DNA of 62,314 nucleotides, counting the filler. It is 9 parts of 9 records of this genome, joined end to end, with 100 filler letters (N's around TTAATTAATTAA, not from the genome) between each part and the next. Parts side by side here need not be neighbours in the genome. Positions count along the whole stretch, not along the records: positions 8,618 to 13,627 come from SRR31147125_160271; positions 13,728 to 19,721 come from SRR31147125_160361; positions 19,822 to 30,053 come from SRR31147125_160415; 6 more parts are not named here. The stretch is one strand, 5' to 3'. Below are positions 8,618 to 20,894 of the stretch, piece by piece (position 1 is the stretch's first letter; the number at the start of each line of letters is the position of its first letter). The notes beneath the pieces were generated by a model. The model had not been told where the DNA came from, ran no database searches, and saw only the letters and a program-made list of their open reading frames with translations. Made by a program: the position numbers and the translations under genes.

Positions 8618-11245
8618 GTCAAATTGCCTCAGATTTCCAGGCCAGCGCTCAAGAGGCCGCCGGAAGTCCAGGTGCACAGGGGACGGTGGGTGGACAGTGT
8701 TGTTGGGTCTCAGATCCCGCTTCAGACACGGCATGGGGAACACCCAAGACGTTTTCCAGCACCAGCTCGAGGAAGAAGAAGAAGAAGAAGTCCGCATCGT
8801 CCTCACCGTCCACGCCTTTGTCGATCAAGGTCCGTCCTGTGTGGCTTCCTTCCTTTGTTTGTCTCTCTTTGATCACTCGATGTCGTGGCCACAGAAGTCC
8901 CACAAGAAGAAAACTCCCGCAGCCCATCCTCCTTCTTCGCGTGATTCCTGGCACACAGCCTCACCTTCACGTCTCAAGTCCCCACTCTCAGCACCGCCTC
9001 CATCGAAACGTCGGCGATCACGCAGGTTATTCGATGATCTGCATTCTCCACGTCGTGTTGTTCCTGTGCGTGAACGTCGTCGAAAGCCTTGTGTTGTGCG
9101 TAGTTTCAGCGTGCAGATGGAGGATGAAGGGAACTAAACACCGTGTGATCAGACAACAGGCCTCTCCATGAGGTCCACAGGATCGTTCCTGAGGTTCTCC
9201 GATGGCACGTCTCCTCTGAAACAAGATACGACACCCACCAGGTTTGGATGGGCAAACTCTTTGTTCGAAGCGAATTCACCCATCTCAGCACACCCTCCAC
9301 ACCTCCTCCTGAGTCGTCTCTTCCACCTAAACTACGAGGGAAAAGAGGAAGGGGCCGAGAATCGTTTACGCCCTCTCCCGTAAGGGTTTGTCGGGGGGAA
9401 GTGTCCGCTGGAACATGACACGATGACACGGATCTGTTCAGCCCTCCACATGTCGTCATGTTGCGGGAAATGGTCTATACAGCCGTCTTCATATGCAACT
9501 TCTTCACTTTTTGTCTTGGAGAGGATTGAAATGGGTCAAGGTTCGTGTGGTTCGTCTGCATGGAACACAACTCACCCCTTTCGGTGTAGTGTGAGTTCTT
9601 CTATCCTGGAATTGACAAGGTTCTTTTCCGAAATGAATTCCAGGAGTGTCTACAAGAAATAGGACTGGGCCATGTTTGTCGGGGTTGGATTCGAGGGACA
9701 GAGGGCTGATGACGCCGTGTTAGATCACAAAGCTCACTCGTACGGAGTGGTCGTGCTTGCGTTCGTCCATTGGGAGACCACGCCGTCTTTCTCGAAGATT
9801 CCTTAGCGACGAACGAACCAGGCTGGAACGAGACCGAGAGAGGGTGCGAACGGCCCTGGTTATGCGATCCTCCAAGCCCCAGGCGGAACGGGCCCTCCGC
9901 GACTTTCCGCCCTTCCTTAATGTTGGACGGCATGTAGCAGGTAAGGCAACACCCTCTCCCTGGGCCACGACTAAGTTGTTGCCTTCAGCCATCCACCCCA
10001 GAAGCGGAGAGGTGTGCACAGGTCACATCCTCACAGTTGAGCCAGGATGGCACGACTTTCGTATTCAGTTTAGCCAGCCAGACCTTGGAACGGAGCTCGT
10101 TGCGGACACAGATGTTATGGTGTGTCCTGGCTGGCTGGCTGGCTGGCTGATGTAACGTGTGTTGATTAGCCGCAATCCTCTCTCGATGCCCTGTGTGCGA
10201 AGCGACCGAAAACGGCTGGACCGCCTGAGGACTACACGGCCTTTCCCAAACCTGGCGCAGTGATGGGTATGTAAAGGGGAAAGATACCAAGGGAAGAATA
10301 CTCACGCACGGCTCCTTTCAGGGACCTCTGCTTCCGCCTCACCTTACGCAGGTTGTCTCGAAGACGATCTACCAGCACTGGCAGGGTTGATTCGTCTGTT
10401 GGAACGCAAGGAGCGACTCGTAGCCGAATTGCGTGCGATGAATGATGAGGGAGAAACATCGGTTCGTGGGTTGTGTGGTTGGTTGTGTCTCATTCTTCTC
10501 CCCTTGTAGGGATCCCATTCTTCTCTGTTTCAGAAACAATACGCATGGCTTATTCTTCAACTGGAATCACTGAATCGCGCCTTGGAGACCTACACAACGC
10601 GTATGCGGACACGCGTACGAGCATCCATGGTTCGTTTCATTCGAAGCTACGTGTCGTCATGTATTCTTGTCAGGCTCGAGGCATAGCAGCGGGACCTTCG
10701 GATCCCTGGTGCCATCATGCAGCAGAGGCGGTACTGGCCGATACCCGAGGAACGGTACAATCCCTCCAACGGGAACTCGAACAACAACACGTTGTGGAAG
10801 AGACTGAGGTGTGTTCAATAGGGCTGATGGAAGAATGAGCAGCAAGGATGAACTGGTGTTACAGATGGAGTCAGGCGTTACCATTGGCCCGACGGAAATC
10901 GATCGAAAACGGGTGAACGAACTTGTTTCCGCATGCTACAGTCTGGTTCAGGTGTGTAATGGTCGTCCGTAACCAATAATGATGACACCCCCCCAAAAGG
11001 CCGTGCGTGCATGTTCGGGGCGTGCCTCGGCCCCTAGTGAAGTGGATGCAGCACTGGACAATGCCGTCGCATTCTTGCGTCCGCGTGCCTCGTGTAACAT
11101 GCCGTACGGGAAACAGGGAAAGGGAATGGCCTTTACGCTCCTCCTCATCTCCATGCTATGCAGTTTGTATCAGGATATCGAAAATAGTGTGGCTGCCCTG
11201 AAAGCCGTGCTGTGTGCGTCACGTTTTCAACCTCTTGTCACGTAA
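8618..11245 (+). CDS. LIN9: eukaryotic LIN9/ALWAYS EARLY (ALY) DREAM-MuvB subunit, multi-exon, 5'-partial
   Basis: Splicing GT-AG introns (e.g. 9541-9588, 9674-9723) gives the DIRP domain KWVK|CEFFYPGIDKVLFRNEFQECLQEIGLGH|ITKLTRTEWSCLRSSIGRPRRLSRRFLSDER. It is followed by a Tudor-like AIHPRSGEVCTGHILTV..DLGTELVAD and a coiled coil LERKERLVAELRAMND...FQKQYAWLILQLESLN. Stop at 11245. Confidence 0.85.
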
Positions 11246-11276
11246 AGAAAAGAAAGTCCTCCCAGCATCTGGTTGC

Positions 11277-13627
11277 TCACTTCTTGACAGCTCCACATGT
11301 ACAGCGCATTTCAAGATGTCGCAGTTGCTCGCCGGCCTCTCTCTCCAGGCGTTGCAAACCAAGAAGGTATTGTTCCTGCAAGACATGGCGTGAATTCGTC
11401 CGTTGTGTGGCACATCGATCAGAACAGACCTTCAGTGAGGCGGCAAGCCGTGATTTCTCTTCTTCGTGACGTTTGTGCATTTCACGCAACTCTTGTTCGT
11501 ATCGTTGCATCGCTGTCTCCAGAATACTCTTCTCGCGCAGAGCATTCTCTAAACGGTAGGCATAGTGTTGACGCAGACGTCCGAGATCCGCCGCCACAGA
11601 CGTCACAATGTTGTGAAGGGACACCCTTTGAGTCAGAAGTGTACTACTTCCCATATCGGCTCCAACATAGAAGGAGAGCAGGGGAGGAGGCCATTCACTT
11701 GTGTCCGGCACCGGGGGCGAGTGAGTCTGCGTGATGCACCCCCGTCATACAACATCCCCTCCCCGCCTCACGAACGAACGTACCGTGCGCGGCCTAGACA
11801 CAGATTCAAGACTGAGACCATCCTCTCCTTCGTATCCAGTCATGGAAACCGATGAAACAGAGAGCGAATCACGCAGAGAGATGCCACCCCCACCGTCGGA
11901 ACCCTCGTCCACAACAGGAAGCGTCCAACGTTTCCCATCCTACACCACAAGGCATCGAGTTGGAAACAAAGAGTGGGAGAACATCCATGAACGAACACGA
12001 CTGCTTAGGCGAGAGGGCAGGGAAACACTTGTAGGTCGATTTGGGGTCGTATCGCTGTCCTCATCGGTGACAGCCACACCCATTGGGACAGAGACACCAC
12101 TTGAAGAGGAAAAACGGAGGGAGGGTCGTTGCGATGCATCGGATCGACGATGGCCAAAACGAGATCGTTGCTTGCCCTCTGTGTGCGGATGTGAGTGCGA
12201 GTGTGGGTGTGTTGTATACAACACATACGAATCGTATCAGGCGATTGCCGGCCACGAACATCCGCTTTTCCCTTTGCACGATGCTCTGGTAGAACATCAC
12301 ACCCCATCCATCATTTCCTTCTCACAACCATACGCACCGCGAGCGAGTAAGTTATCCTTGCACTCCGCAACGACTCGAGACACCTCTGACAACCATGTGT
12401 TCCCTTCGTCTTGTGTCTCGAACACCAAGCGCAAGGCAACCGCTGAGGACTGAATCAATAAGCCCGTGTCGCTTGCATCCTCAAACGGATCGACGGAAGC
12501 ATTGAGAAGGCCAATATGGGACTTGAACACGAGATTCCGTTTCGTTAGGACAAGAATATCATTGAAGAGGAAGATGTAGCGTTCAAGCCTCTTTCCAAGG
12601 CTCGAGAGTCGGAATGCGGCTCCCTCGCGTACATATCGTCGGTGTGGTTCCACAAGGTTCTTTCTCACCCGTGAGCTTATGCGTAAAGGTATCACCACCA
12701 CGCACTGGAATGCGCCCACTGAGACTGTTCTGAATGTTGAGCACCTTCTGTAGATTCTCCGCCTTTTTCACATTATCATTCACAAACACCACCAGTCCTT
12801 TCATGAGTTCTGTTGCTTGGCGCACAGGTTCATGATCGGGATGGTACTCGGGAGTCTCTTTCAACAAGTGCTAGGAAAAGGGAAAGGTAAGAACGGGGCA
12901 ACCATTCATCCCTCTACAAACCTCTAGCAGGAGTTTGTAGCGAGGGAGTCGTTGTACAGGCATGATTAGGTAGGAGACAATGTCCAGACCACCCGACTCG
13001 GGTTTGTCACGAACGTCCTGGGCCGGGGCACGTGGGACAAGGAAAACGATCCACATCTCTATGCACCGAAAGGAAATTCGCAAACGGGGGCTGCTTACGT
13101 AACTCCGAGACCGTAGAGATGGCATTGTGATAGTTAGAAACAAATGCCGAGTAGATCTTCAGGAAGGGTGCCTAAGGAGAAAGAATGTCATACCAAACGC
13201 AACACACAGGAGAAGTTTGCATACCCGCGCCTTGAAAACATCACCCAACATGACATTAGGCCATTCACGCATACGTTGCTCAAATTCAGCCAACATATCA
13301 CGATTCACAGTCAGAACGATTTCCACGTTGGAAAAGATCTTGTTAATGGCGTCATGAGGGATAATGGGGTCTCTGGACTTGGCAAAGCGTCGTAGAGGAT
13401 TAAGAAAGAGCTGGCCCCGCAACAAATGTCCGTCACAAGGGCGTGATGGCAGGTGGCCGCGTCCCGTACCTCTACAATGTTCTCAAGAGACTTGACATAG
13501 TTCTGTTCCGACTCATAGATCTCCTTGAGCACACTTCCTCGCTTAAACAAATCCAATCCAGCGGCCACCGCACGAAAGGGACTTCCCTATACATGTATAC
13601 ATGCACGCACGTGTGTGTGTGTGTGTG
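11277..13627 (-). CDS. eukaryotic Dbl-family RhoGEF (DH-PH) with C-terminal coiled coil, multi-exon, 5'-partial
   Basis: Introns 13411-13469, 13172-13224, 13018-13066, 12871-12921 and 12660-12705 join in frame to KEIYESEQNYVKSL...IFSNVE...APFLKIYSAFVSNY...SYLIMPVQRLPRYKLLLEHLLKETPEYHPD (DH), then RRYVREG...RYIFLFNDIL (PH). The 3' exons down to 11277 are less certain. Confidence 0.88.
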
Positions 13628-13727
13628 NNNNNNNNNNNNNNNNNNNNNNNNNNNNNNNNNNNNNNNNNNNNTTAATTAATTAANNNNNNNNNNNNNNNNN
13701 NNNNNNNNNNNNNNNNNNNNNNNNNNN
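13628..13727. other. artificial contig spacer
   Basis: N44-TTAATTAATTAA-N44. Confidence 0.99.
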
Positions 13728-14796
13728 GAACAACCCTTTCCCACCTCATAGGATCTTCCGCCAAGGGATCGTCGTCCAGGGGATCGTCGTCCAGGGGAAC
13801 TTCGCAAGAGAGGAAGAATATATTGGGTGCAGAATCGTTTCACAGCCTCAGGGAAGGCAAAGCGCTAGTGACACACAATCAACTGGGCCGCAGTCGTCCC
13901 ACACGAACCTTCACACGAAGAAAATCTGCGCGATATGCCAGTCCTGCCAGAACACCAGCGAGAGCCGCATATAAGGAATCAGGGAAATTAGAGAAAGCGA
14001 GCTGGCGGGTTGGTGGTGGTTGGTTGGGAAGAAGAGAAACACTCCCACCCCCACACACCTGTACACCGAGAAGATAGGAAATGTACTTATCTGTGAAGGA
14101 GAAGCCCATCACACGACAGGAAAACGTATGAGGAATGTCAAAGGCGAACTGCGTCTAGGTCGGGCACAGGAGTCAAAGGTGGTGCTGACGCGTCACCACA
14201 CACACACACACACACCAACGCCGCAAAGATCAGCCCATGGGGACCTGTGAACATGTTGGACCTGCCATGCCATGCCGTGAAACTCAGACTTGCAAGAGTC
14301 GAAAGAAACATGGAGACGACAGCAAACGCCTAGCCCGACGCGTTTCCACACCCATGCCCGAACCTTAATCCTCGATAGAATAACGCACCGCATATTTGGG
14401 CGTCCCATACTGGCGCTCAAACAGACGGAAGGAGTAGAGGAGAAGCAGCGACACGATCAGTTCCCCAGGGCTTGGGACGAGGAAGGCATGGGTAACAAGG
14501 CGCCAGAGCTCTCCATGTCGTAGAATGGCTGGTAAACTCAAACCCAACTTCTGGGAGAGTGGGTGTGCGTGAGGGGGGCGGGACCAAAGGACGGATAGAC
14601 AGACGGAACCAGAACCACGCACAGCATGTTGCCCCACGAAGGGGGACAGGAAAAAGGTGACGAGTGTGATGAGTACGAGGAACTTTGAAAAGCTTGCGTG
14701 GTCTGAGCAAAGAAGGAGATCGAGTGAACAATCCACAACCCCCGTCGGGGTGTTGCGTGTCGACGCACTGAATCCAGAGGGTCCTGCGCTGAACAT
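13728..14796 (-). CDS. eukaryotic UBAC2/DSC2-like rhomboid pseudoprotease (plant RBL18-20-like), multi-exon, 3'-partial
   Basis: Exons read MFSAGPSGF..., GELWRLVTHAF..SPGELIVSLLLLYSFRLFERQYGTPKY, FDIP...GFSFTDKYISYLLGVQ and LAGVLAGLAYR, recalled as characteristic of this family. Confidence 0.75.
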
Positions 14797-14889
14797 GATG
14801 CCCCAGGGTAGGAAGGCAGACAGGGAGGTGAAGGGAAGGGAAATGACTTCCTACATTCTGTCGTTCGGTTCTTCCCATCCCTGCGTGCG

Positions 14890-17703
14890 ATGTTGCGGCA
14901 GGATGTAGGACGATGCCTTCGCATAGTACCTGTTGTGCGTTGGTGTGCCCTGTCTCTTTTGAGACGTACATCCTGTCGTGCTGCGTTGATGTTCTCTCTT
15001 TCCTCTCTTTCTCAACGTCCCTACGTGGATGCGAACCATCCGCACCGTAATGGTATGTGTCTTGGGTGGGGGTTGTGCGAAACAGAGAGGTTGAATGGGG
15101 GTGTAGTGAGTGTCAATGTCCGAAGCGACCCTGTCACCCACTTGATGAATACGATGCACATTCATCCAGTGGATGTGTGCAAGGTAGAGGACCTGTTACG
15201 AGAGATTCTCCGTTCACACACTCACAACCCGCACCCACAAAGGCCATGAAGCAAGCGTTCACCTCAAAACTCGGAAAGGACTGTTCGAGTGTCGATGAGC
15301 TCGTCAACGTGGTATGTCGGCACGGAACCGAAGACGCTCTATCTGACGTTCTGGCTAAGACGGCGGCCTTTGCCCATGTCAAAGAAGAGGCACTGCATCG
15401 CCTCGTTCGTACGATTATTCAACATGTACGTTGCGTTTGCTTGCTCTTCTTGCCGATCATGACCTACACAACACGTCAGCATAACAAGTTGAGGGATCTT
15501 CCGGTTGGACCTCTGAACGCTCGAGAATTTGCTATTGCTATAACACACTTGGAGACGCGCGCTGTGTGTGACGAACATTCACTCTGCTTTTGCCTTTGTT
15601 TTTACTTGTGATTTCAATTCTTAGAACATGAGTCCGTTTGTAAGGGAACCTGCTGAGGGGGAAGATACGACAGAAGAGGACTACGAAACCTTCACACGGG
15701 GAGACATGTTCGAGACTGAGCGGACTATAGAGTGAGACTGGCAAATGGATCCATCTTCCGGGCACTGATAGATGAATATTGCTAGAGACGTACCCATCTT
15801 ACCGCTCAGATCAAGAAGATGGCCTCGGGTTCGAGGCCCAGGCCACACGGTTCCCAAATCCAAATGCCCTTTTAATCGACCGGACTCTCCTGTCCTGGAC
15901 TACCGGGTTTGTGGGCAGGAGCGCTCTTGTTCCTTGTGGTTCATATGTTTTCAGGCTTCGCGACTGCTCACACGCTTCACCTCCAATTCGGGACGTATCC
16001 TCCCTGCCTCACAGACGGGGATCAGCAGCAAAACGCAGGTTGTTCTGGTGATGATGATGATGACGATGACGATAATGATGGAGGAGGAACTGATCATCCC
16101 ATGTGCAGCGTCAAGTAGCTAAATGTATTAAGCGTTCGCGTCAAATGGCGATCATCCCCTACATTCGTCGGCTGGAGCACCTGGAGTATCTTCGTTCATT
16201 TGGTCGCCTCTTCTGGAAGCGAACCGATCTACAACGACGACACAGGGAACCCTTCCCCCTTCGCTTCGTCGGCGCTGTAGATGCGGAGAATGTGTGTAGA
16301 TTTGATTGCGTGTGTGGCATGTGTGGGGTGACTGACACCGTCCCCGCCAGGCCGAAGACGTCCGACTTCAACTCCTTTTGGAATTCATCTTGTCACAGAC
16401 ATCACTGGTCGATCATCTTGGGTTTCAACGTGATCCGACCTTGTTCGTAGTGCCTCGCGTTGTCATGGGGTCATCATCTCTCATCCATCCCTACAGGCCC
16501 CCAAAGGAAGTCAACTGTCCCACTTCCGATGTTTTGGTGCGATGACGGCTGGGATGTGTGTGTGTGTGTGCAAAGGACTCACTCCTCTTAGGCGGATAAA
16601 ACCAGTGTGGATGCAGTGGTGCGACTCTGGGCACCAACAGCAGAGAGGGAAGCGTTTACAGAGAAAGAGGTTTCTTGAGGGGGTGGTTTGTTTGATTGAC
16701 TCGTGCTCATTCGCATCCACGTACAGGAAGGAATGGCACGTATAATGCTCAAGTACTTTGCAGAGTTACCACGCCATATGCGGGACGAGTTTGCACTTCT
16801 GAAAGTAACAGATGGACAGAACATTCAGCGACAGGTGGGTGGGATAGATGGAACGAGGGACACACCCGACCAAGACCTCCGAAATCAGGTGTTGCGTTCT
16901 CTTCCCAAAGCTCTCGCTGCCTATGCCCGCAGTGGAGGCAAGATTAAGGTACGGACTTCTTTGTTCTCCTTGTCTCACGCAGACGGAGACAGGATTTGCG
17001 CACTGTATGGCGACGATTAGAGGAACAAACACCCCTCCGTCTCATGGGCTTGCTCTCCGAACCACTGGTCCAACGAATGCCACCAGATGAAGATGAGGTA
17101 TGGAACAAAGGAAACCATCAATGAATCTAAGACGTTTCGCACTTGCTACAAGTGTGCCAAACGCATTCGTGATACGATTCTTGTCTTGCGATTACGACTC
17201 GAGGTGCATCACGTCATTTGTTCGTTTTGGTTCGACTGAGCGTGAGTTCACAGGAAATTGTAGCGGCCCACTTGTGTGATGGGATCAACATCCAGAATGT
17301 GCCTGCACAAATACTTCTTCAACGAATAGGTACGGCTGCTGGGGTTCCCCATCTTCAGAATGTGGAATTCATGGCGAAACTTGTCGAATGTTCCCCCGCG
17401 ACGTGCGTGGAATAGTAGCACCCGCAGTTTTCCTTCTCACAAGTCTTCACAGGTTCGGCTCTACATGTTCCATGCTGCCTGAAGAATCCAAAGCCATGAA
17501 CAGCTACCTTAGGCGTCTGTACGTTGGGAGTGTTCTTAGGATTGTTCGTGTCTGATCCACTTGAGGGCAGGTGGGGAGCGTTGTTGAAGTTGAAACGGTT
17601 GGTGTTGCGAGACAGTACCGATTTCTGGTCATCTTTGAAGGAATCAGGCGAGGAGGGGAACAGGGCAACCAAACCGGCAGCCCAAGCAGAGGACAATGCT
17701 TGA
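14890..17703 (+). CDS. eukaryotic multi-exon gene for an enlarged bacterial-type (probably mitochondrial) ribosomal protein bS18
   Basis: Removing introns 15907-15954 and 16039-16108 gives KCPF...LDYR|ASRLLTRFTSNSGRILPASQTGISSKTQ|RQVAKCIKRSRQMAIIPY, the bS18 signature. Arg-rich MLRQ.. N-terminus. Exons join in frame from 14890 to ~16450; later joins to the stop at 17703 are tentative. Confidence 0.72.
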
Positions 17704-17725
17704 TGATAGATAGTACACGAAGCGT

Positions 17726-18835
17726 TCATTGCGATCCCCACACATAGCCTAGAAGGGAATGGAGACGCTTCTTGGCTACATACAGAGCGACGAGGAGGAA
17801 CACGACGAATCTGATGACAGGGATTTGCTCTGCCGTGTCTCGACAGACCACCGAACACAACGCACCCCATGAGTATTAGGAGTTTGTCTGTAAGATCACG
17901 CTGTCGAAGCTTCCCAGTAGCTGTTTCCCCGTTTGCATGGTTGCATCATAGGCTCGATGTTCTTCGAATACTGTGTGGAGTGTCGTGGAAGATTTTTCCA
18001 AGACTTTCATGGTGGCCTGGATACGCAAGGAGATGATCAGGGCCACACCATCCGCCGTGAATGAGGAATCGCACAATAGAACATTCCACACTCTCTGCTA
18101 AACTCTGGCGGGTTCTCCGTAATCCTTCTGTGCTATCCTGGGCTTTGCTCACAAGGGACAAAAACGGACTACGATCGTCGTCAGTTGTATCTCGATTCAT
18201 TCCATTCTGTCGTACCGATCTTGTGATCCTGGGACACGTCTCCTCCGCAGGCCTCCTTCGGTCGTCGTGTCGGATGACGATCCTTCAAAGAGAGCCTTAC
18301 GTTCTTCTTCTTGGCGACGAAGGAAACAAGAGCGATAGGTCAGTGTTGCCTTACGTAGAGAAGAGGAGAGTCTACGAGGTGGGGTGGGTGGGTGGGGTGG
18401 GGTGGGTGGGGTGAGTCTTTGGCCCGTGGACACCGCACGACGTGTGTTCTCGTTGGTAATGCTCTGCTCGATGAATCACCTCCTCGCGATCTGCGTCCCG
18501 ATCCTCTTCTTCTCCTACGTGGCGAAGGGACTGATGAGGACGTCAGTTTTCTCCTTGTGCGTGGGTATCTCGTCCACAGGCAACCTCAACAAGGACATGG
18601 AGGTCTCGAAGGTTTGTTTTGAGATGTGCGATACGTGCATACGCATCGGCCTCGGTATCTCCGCCTTCTTGTAACGACACAATCTGTGGTGGAGTGGAGT
18701 GGGTGGGGTTTGGTTCCTCCACCCAAGCGGACAACACCGTCCACGCACGCCTTCTTGTGTGGACACGACAAGTCTCATAATCTTTTCAAGGAGCGACGCA
18801 ACAGGAGGAGAGGGAGTCCACTCCTCATCATCCAT
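17726..18835 (-). CDS. SEC20: eukaryotic Sec20/BNIP1 ER Qb-SNARE, multi-exon
   Basis: LSSSLRKATL...EEERKALF, STEGLRRTRQSLAE, KSSTTLHTVFEEH, then RQRDLTDKLLILMG|FVVFLLVALYVAKKRL (C-terminal TM). Needs +1 base at the C3 run 17913-17915. Start uncertain. Confidence 0.78.
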
Positions 18836-18932
18836 CGATCGACAAGGAAGAGAATATGAGCCATCTCTCCCTCTCTCCTTCGTTCTTAATTGTTCCTGTA
18901 TCGACACAACAAATTCGCAACAGAGATCAATC

Positions 18933-19721
18933 TCATTCATGATAAGACTCCTCGTGAGGGAGAGAGACGTCGTTGACTGGTGCAGGAGGAGGAACAGAGT
19001 CGCCCTGATTGGTTGGCACGCGCTCTCCGGTAGATTCATCTCCTATTCCAACGCCAGCAACATCACTCCACTCAGGGGAACGTGGATCCGCGTCAAATTC
19101 AAAGGATATCTGTTGTGAAGGAAGGAAGGAATGACTTCCGCCTGCTGTGTTACACCTGTACCTCCTGCACACGTACATCTTGACGAGGGGGAATCTGAGT
19201 GAGTTCATGAACAAGAATCGAGGAAAGGTCCGCAGTTGTCTCGAGCCGATCAACGAAATCCTGATGTCATCCGCCGGTAAGGGCCACGGAGACAAGAATC
19301 GTGACGTACTTCTGTTTTGCTTTGGAGGTTAGGAGCTCGAAAGGACGCATGGAGAAGAACGAAAGACGACGTCGCTCCCAGAATCCACAACAGAGTGGGG
19401 CCCACAGAGGTTAACAGCAGTACAAGAACGGTTACTATCAGGGAGGAAATAAGACGGTATGCAGCGCGTAGAGGTGCAGAGGAGGACACAAACGTCCGAT
19501 CATGAATCCCGTTCGGTGAGCTTCAGACACCACAACCCCCGCAAGGACGATCGGTCGCCTACTATAGACGAGAACGTAGTACCAACCGGCACACAGGAGT
19601 GCCAACACAACAAGAAAGAGAGGATTGGTGATGCTGCACCACACAGAGGATCGATCGGTGACGATGGTTTTTTCTGTCAAGCACACCCATCCAACGCACA
19701 CGCAACGCACACGCAACGCAC
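18933..19721 (-). CDS. eukaryotic PRA1 (prenylated Rab acceptor) family protein, multi-exon, 5'-partial
   Basis: ITNPLFLVVL...WYYV, a second hydrophobic hairpin and the signature VLLHASFR; acidic tail exons end at stop 18933. Confidence 0.75.
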
Positions 19722-19821
19722 NNNNNNNNNNNNNNNNNNNNNNNNNNNNNNNNNNNNNNNNNNNNTTAATTAATTAANNNNNNNNNNNNNNNNNNNNNNN
19801 NNNNNNNNNNNNNNNNNNNNN
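19722..19821. other. artificial contig spacer
   Basis: N44-TTAATTAATTAA-N44. Confidence 0.99.
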
Positions 19822-19952
19822 ATCCAGGACCCTTCCTATCCGGTTCTGATCATACCGGACCGACAGAGTCGGAACTAGATCATATAGGAAATTTGCACAG
19901 TGAATCGAGTTCTTATGCAAAATATTCCGGCGACCCGGCTTAAAATGAAGAG

Positions 19953-20894
19953 ATGAATGCGACAGACAATCCGTCCACCATCGACTGGCTCCTTTCCGGC
20001 GACGTTTCGGTACAGTTCCGCGTGCGGACCGATCTTCTGGGCGATGATCCGAGGGCTCTGGATAATCTTCGGGGCCGAATCGCGAACGAAGGCTGGGGTC
20101 GAGCAATTCTGGATGCCGTCAATCCCGACGGCGGCTGGGGAGAACGGTATTACCAGCCTAAATGGCTCAGTACCCACTACACCCTCATAGAACTGATGCG
20201 ACTGGGCATGTCTCCCGATACGCCACAGCCGGTTTCGGCAGTCACCGGTGCGATCAACCGCTTTCTTGCGGACGACGGTTCTTTTCACTGTTTCGGTTCT
20301 CCTGATACCATCGACGACTGTGTCACCGGAATGTTCCTGGAGACGGCCTCTTATTTTCGGGCTTCCGTAGACGCCCTGCGGCTGATGGCCGACTGGCTGC
20401 TCGAACGGGTGATGGACGACGGCGGCTGGAACTGCCTGTCCGGCCGCAGCTCTGCTGTACATAGTTCCATGCATACTACCATCTGCTGTCTTGAGGGCTT
20501 CCGGGGATTCCGGGAGCGCTGTCCGGACTACCGGCCCCGGGATGTCGCGTCCGCTGTTGCCGCTGCCGAGGAGTTTCTGCTCCAACACCACCTGGCATAC
20601 AGCCATCGTACAGGCGAGGTGATTCATCCGGACATGCTGAAGCTCTCCTGGCCGGTCCGCTGGAAGTTTGACGTCCTCCGGGGGCTGGAGTATTTCACCG
20701 ATGCCGGCCGACCCTACGATCCGAGGATGAGCCGTGCTCTGGATATTCTGGCCGGAAAGCGACGAAAGGACGGCACCTGGCCGGTGCAGAACCGGCATGC
20801 CGGTCAGGTGCATGTCCAGATGGAGAAAACCGGCGGCCCCAGCCGATGGAACACTTTCCGGGCGCTGAAGGTGCGCTCAAGGCTGGAGTCCTGA
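19953..20894 (+). CDS. prenyltransferase/squalene-cyclase-like repeat protein of unknown function
   Basis: QW-like repeats (NPDGGWG, MDDGGWNC, RKDGTWP), YQPKWLSTHYTL and PSRWNTFRAL. Confidence 0.7.
   Translation: MNATDNPSTIDWLLSGDVSVQFRVRTDLLGDDPRALDNLRGRIANEGWGRAILDAVNPDGGWGERYYQPKWLSTHYTLIELMRLGMSPDTPQPVSAVTGAINRFLADDGSFHCFGSPDTIDDCVTGMFLETASYFRASVDALRLMADWLLERVMDDGGWNCLSGRSSAVHSSMHTTICCLEGFRGFRERCPDYRPRDVASAVAAAEEFLLQHHLAYSHRTGEVIHPDMLKLSWPVRWKFDVLRGLEYFTDAGRPYDPRMSRALDILAGKRRKDGTWPVQNRHAGQVHVQMEKTGGPSRWNTFRALKVRSRLES

Noticed and set aside
13765-13797. 15-bp tandem repeat GGGATCGTCGTCCAG x2
   Set aside because: Only two copies with no spacers; it probably encodes a low-complexity SPGRR repeat in the UBAC2-like gene.
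16039-16108. GAT/GAC microsatellite encoding poly-Asp or poly-Met
   Set aside because: It lies inside the predicted intron that splits the bS18 domain.
8618-19721. Alternative genetic code, virus or non-coding DNA as the cause of the fragmented ORFs
   Set aside because: Removing GT-AG introns yields recognisable eukaryotic proteins in the standard code.
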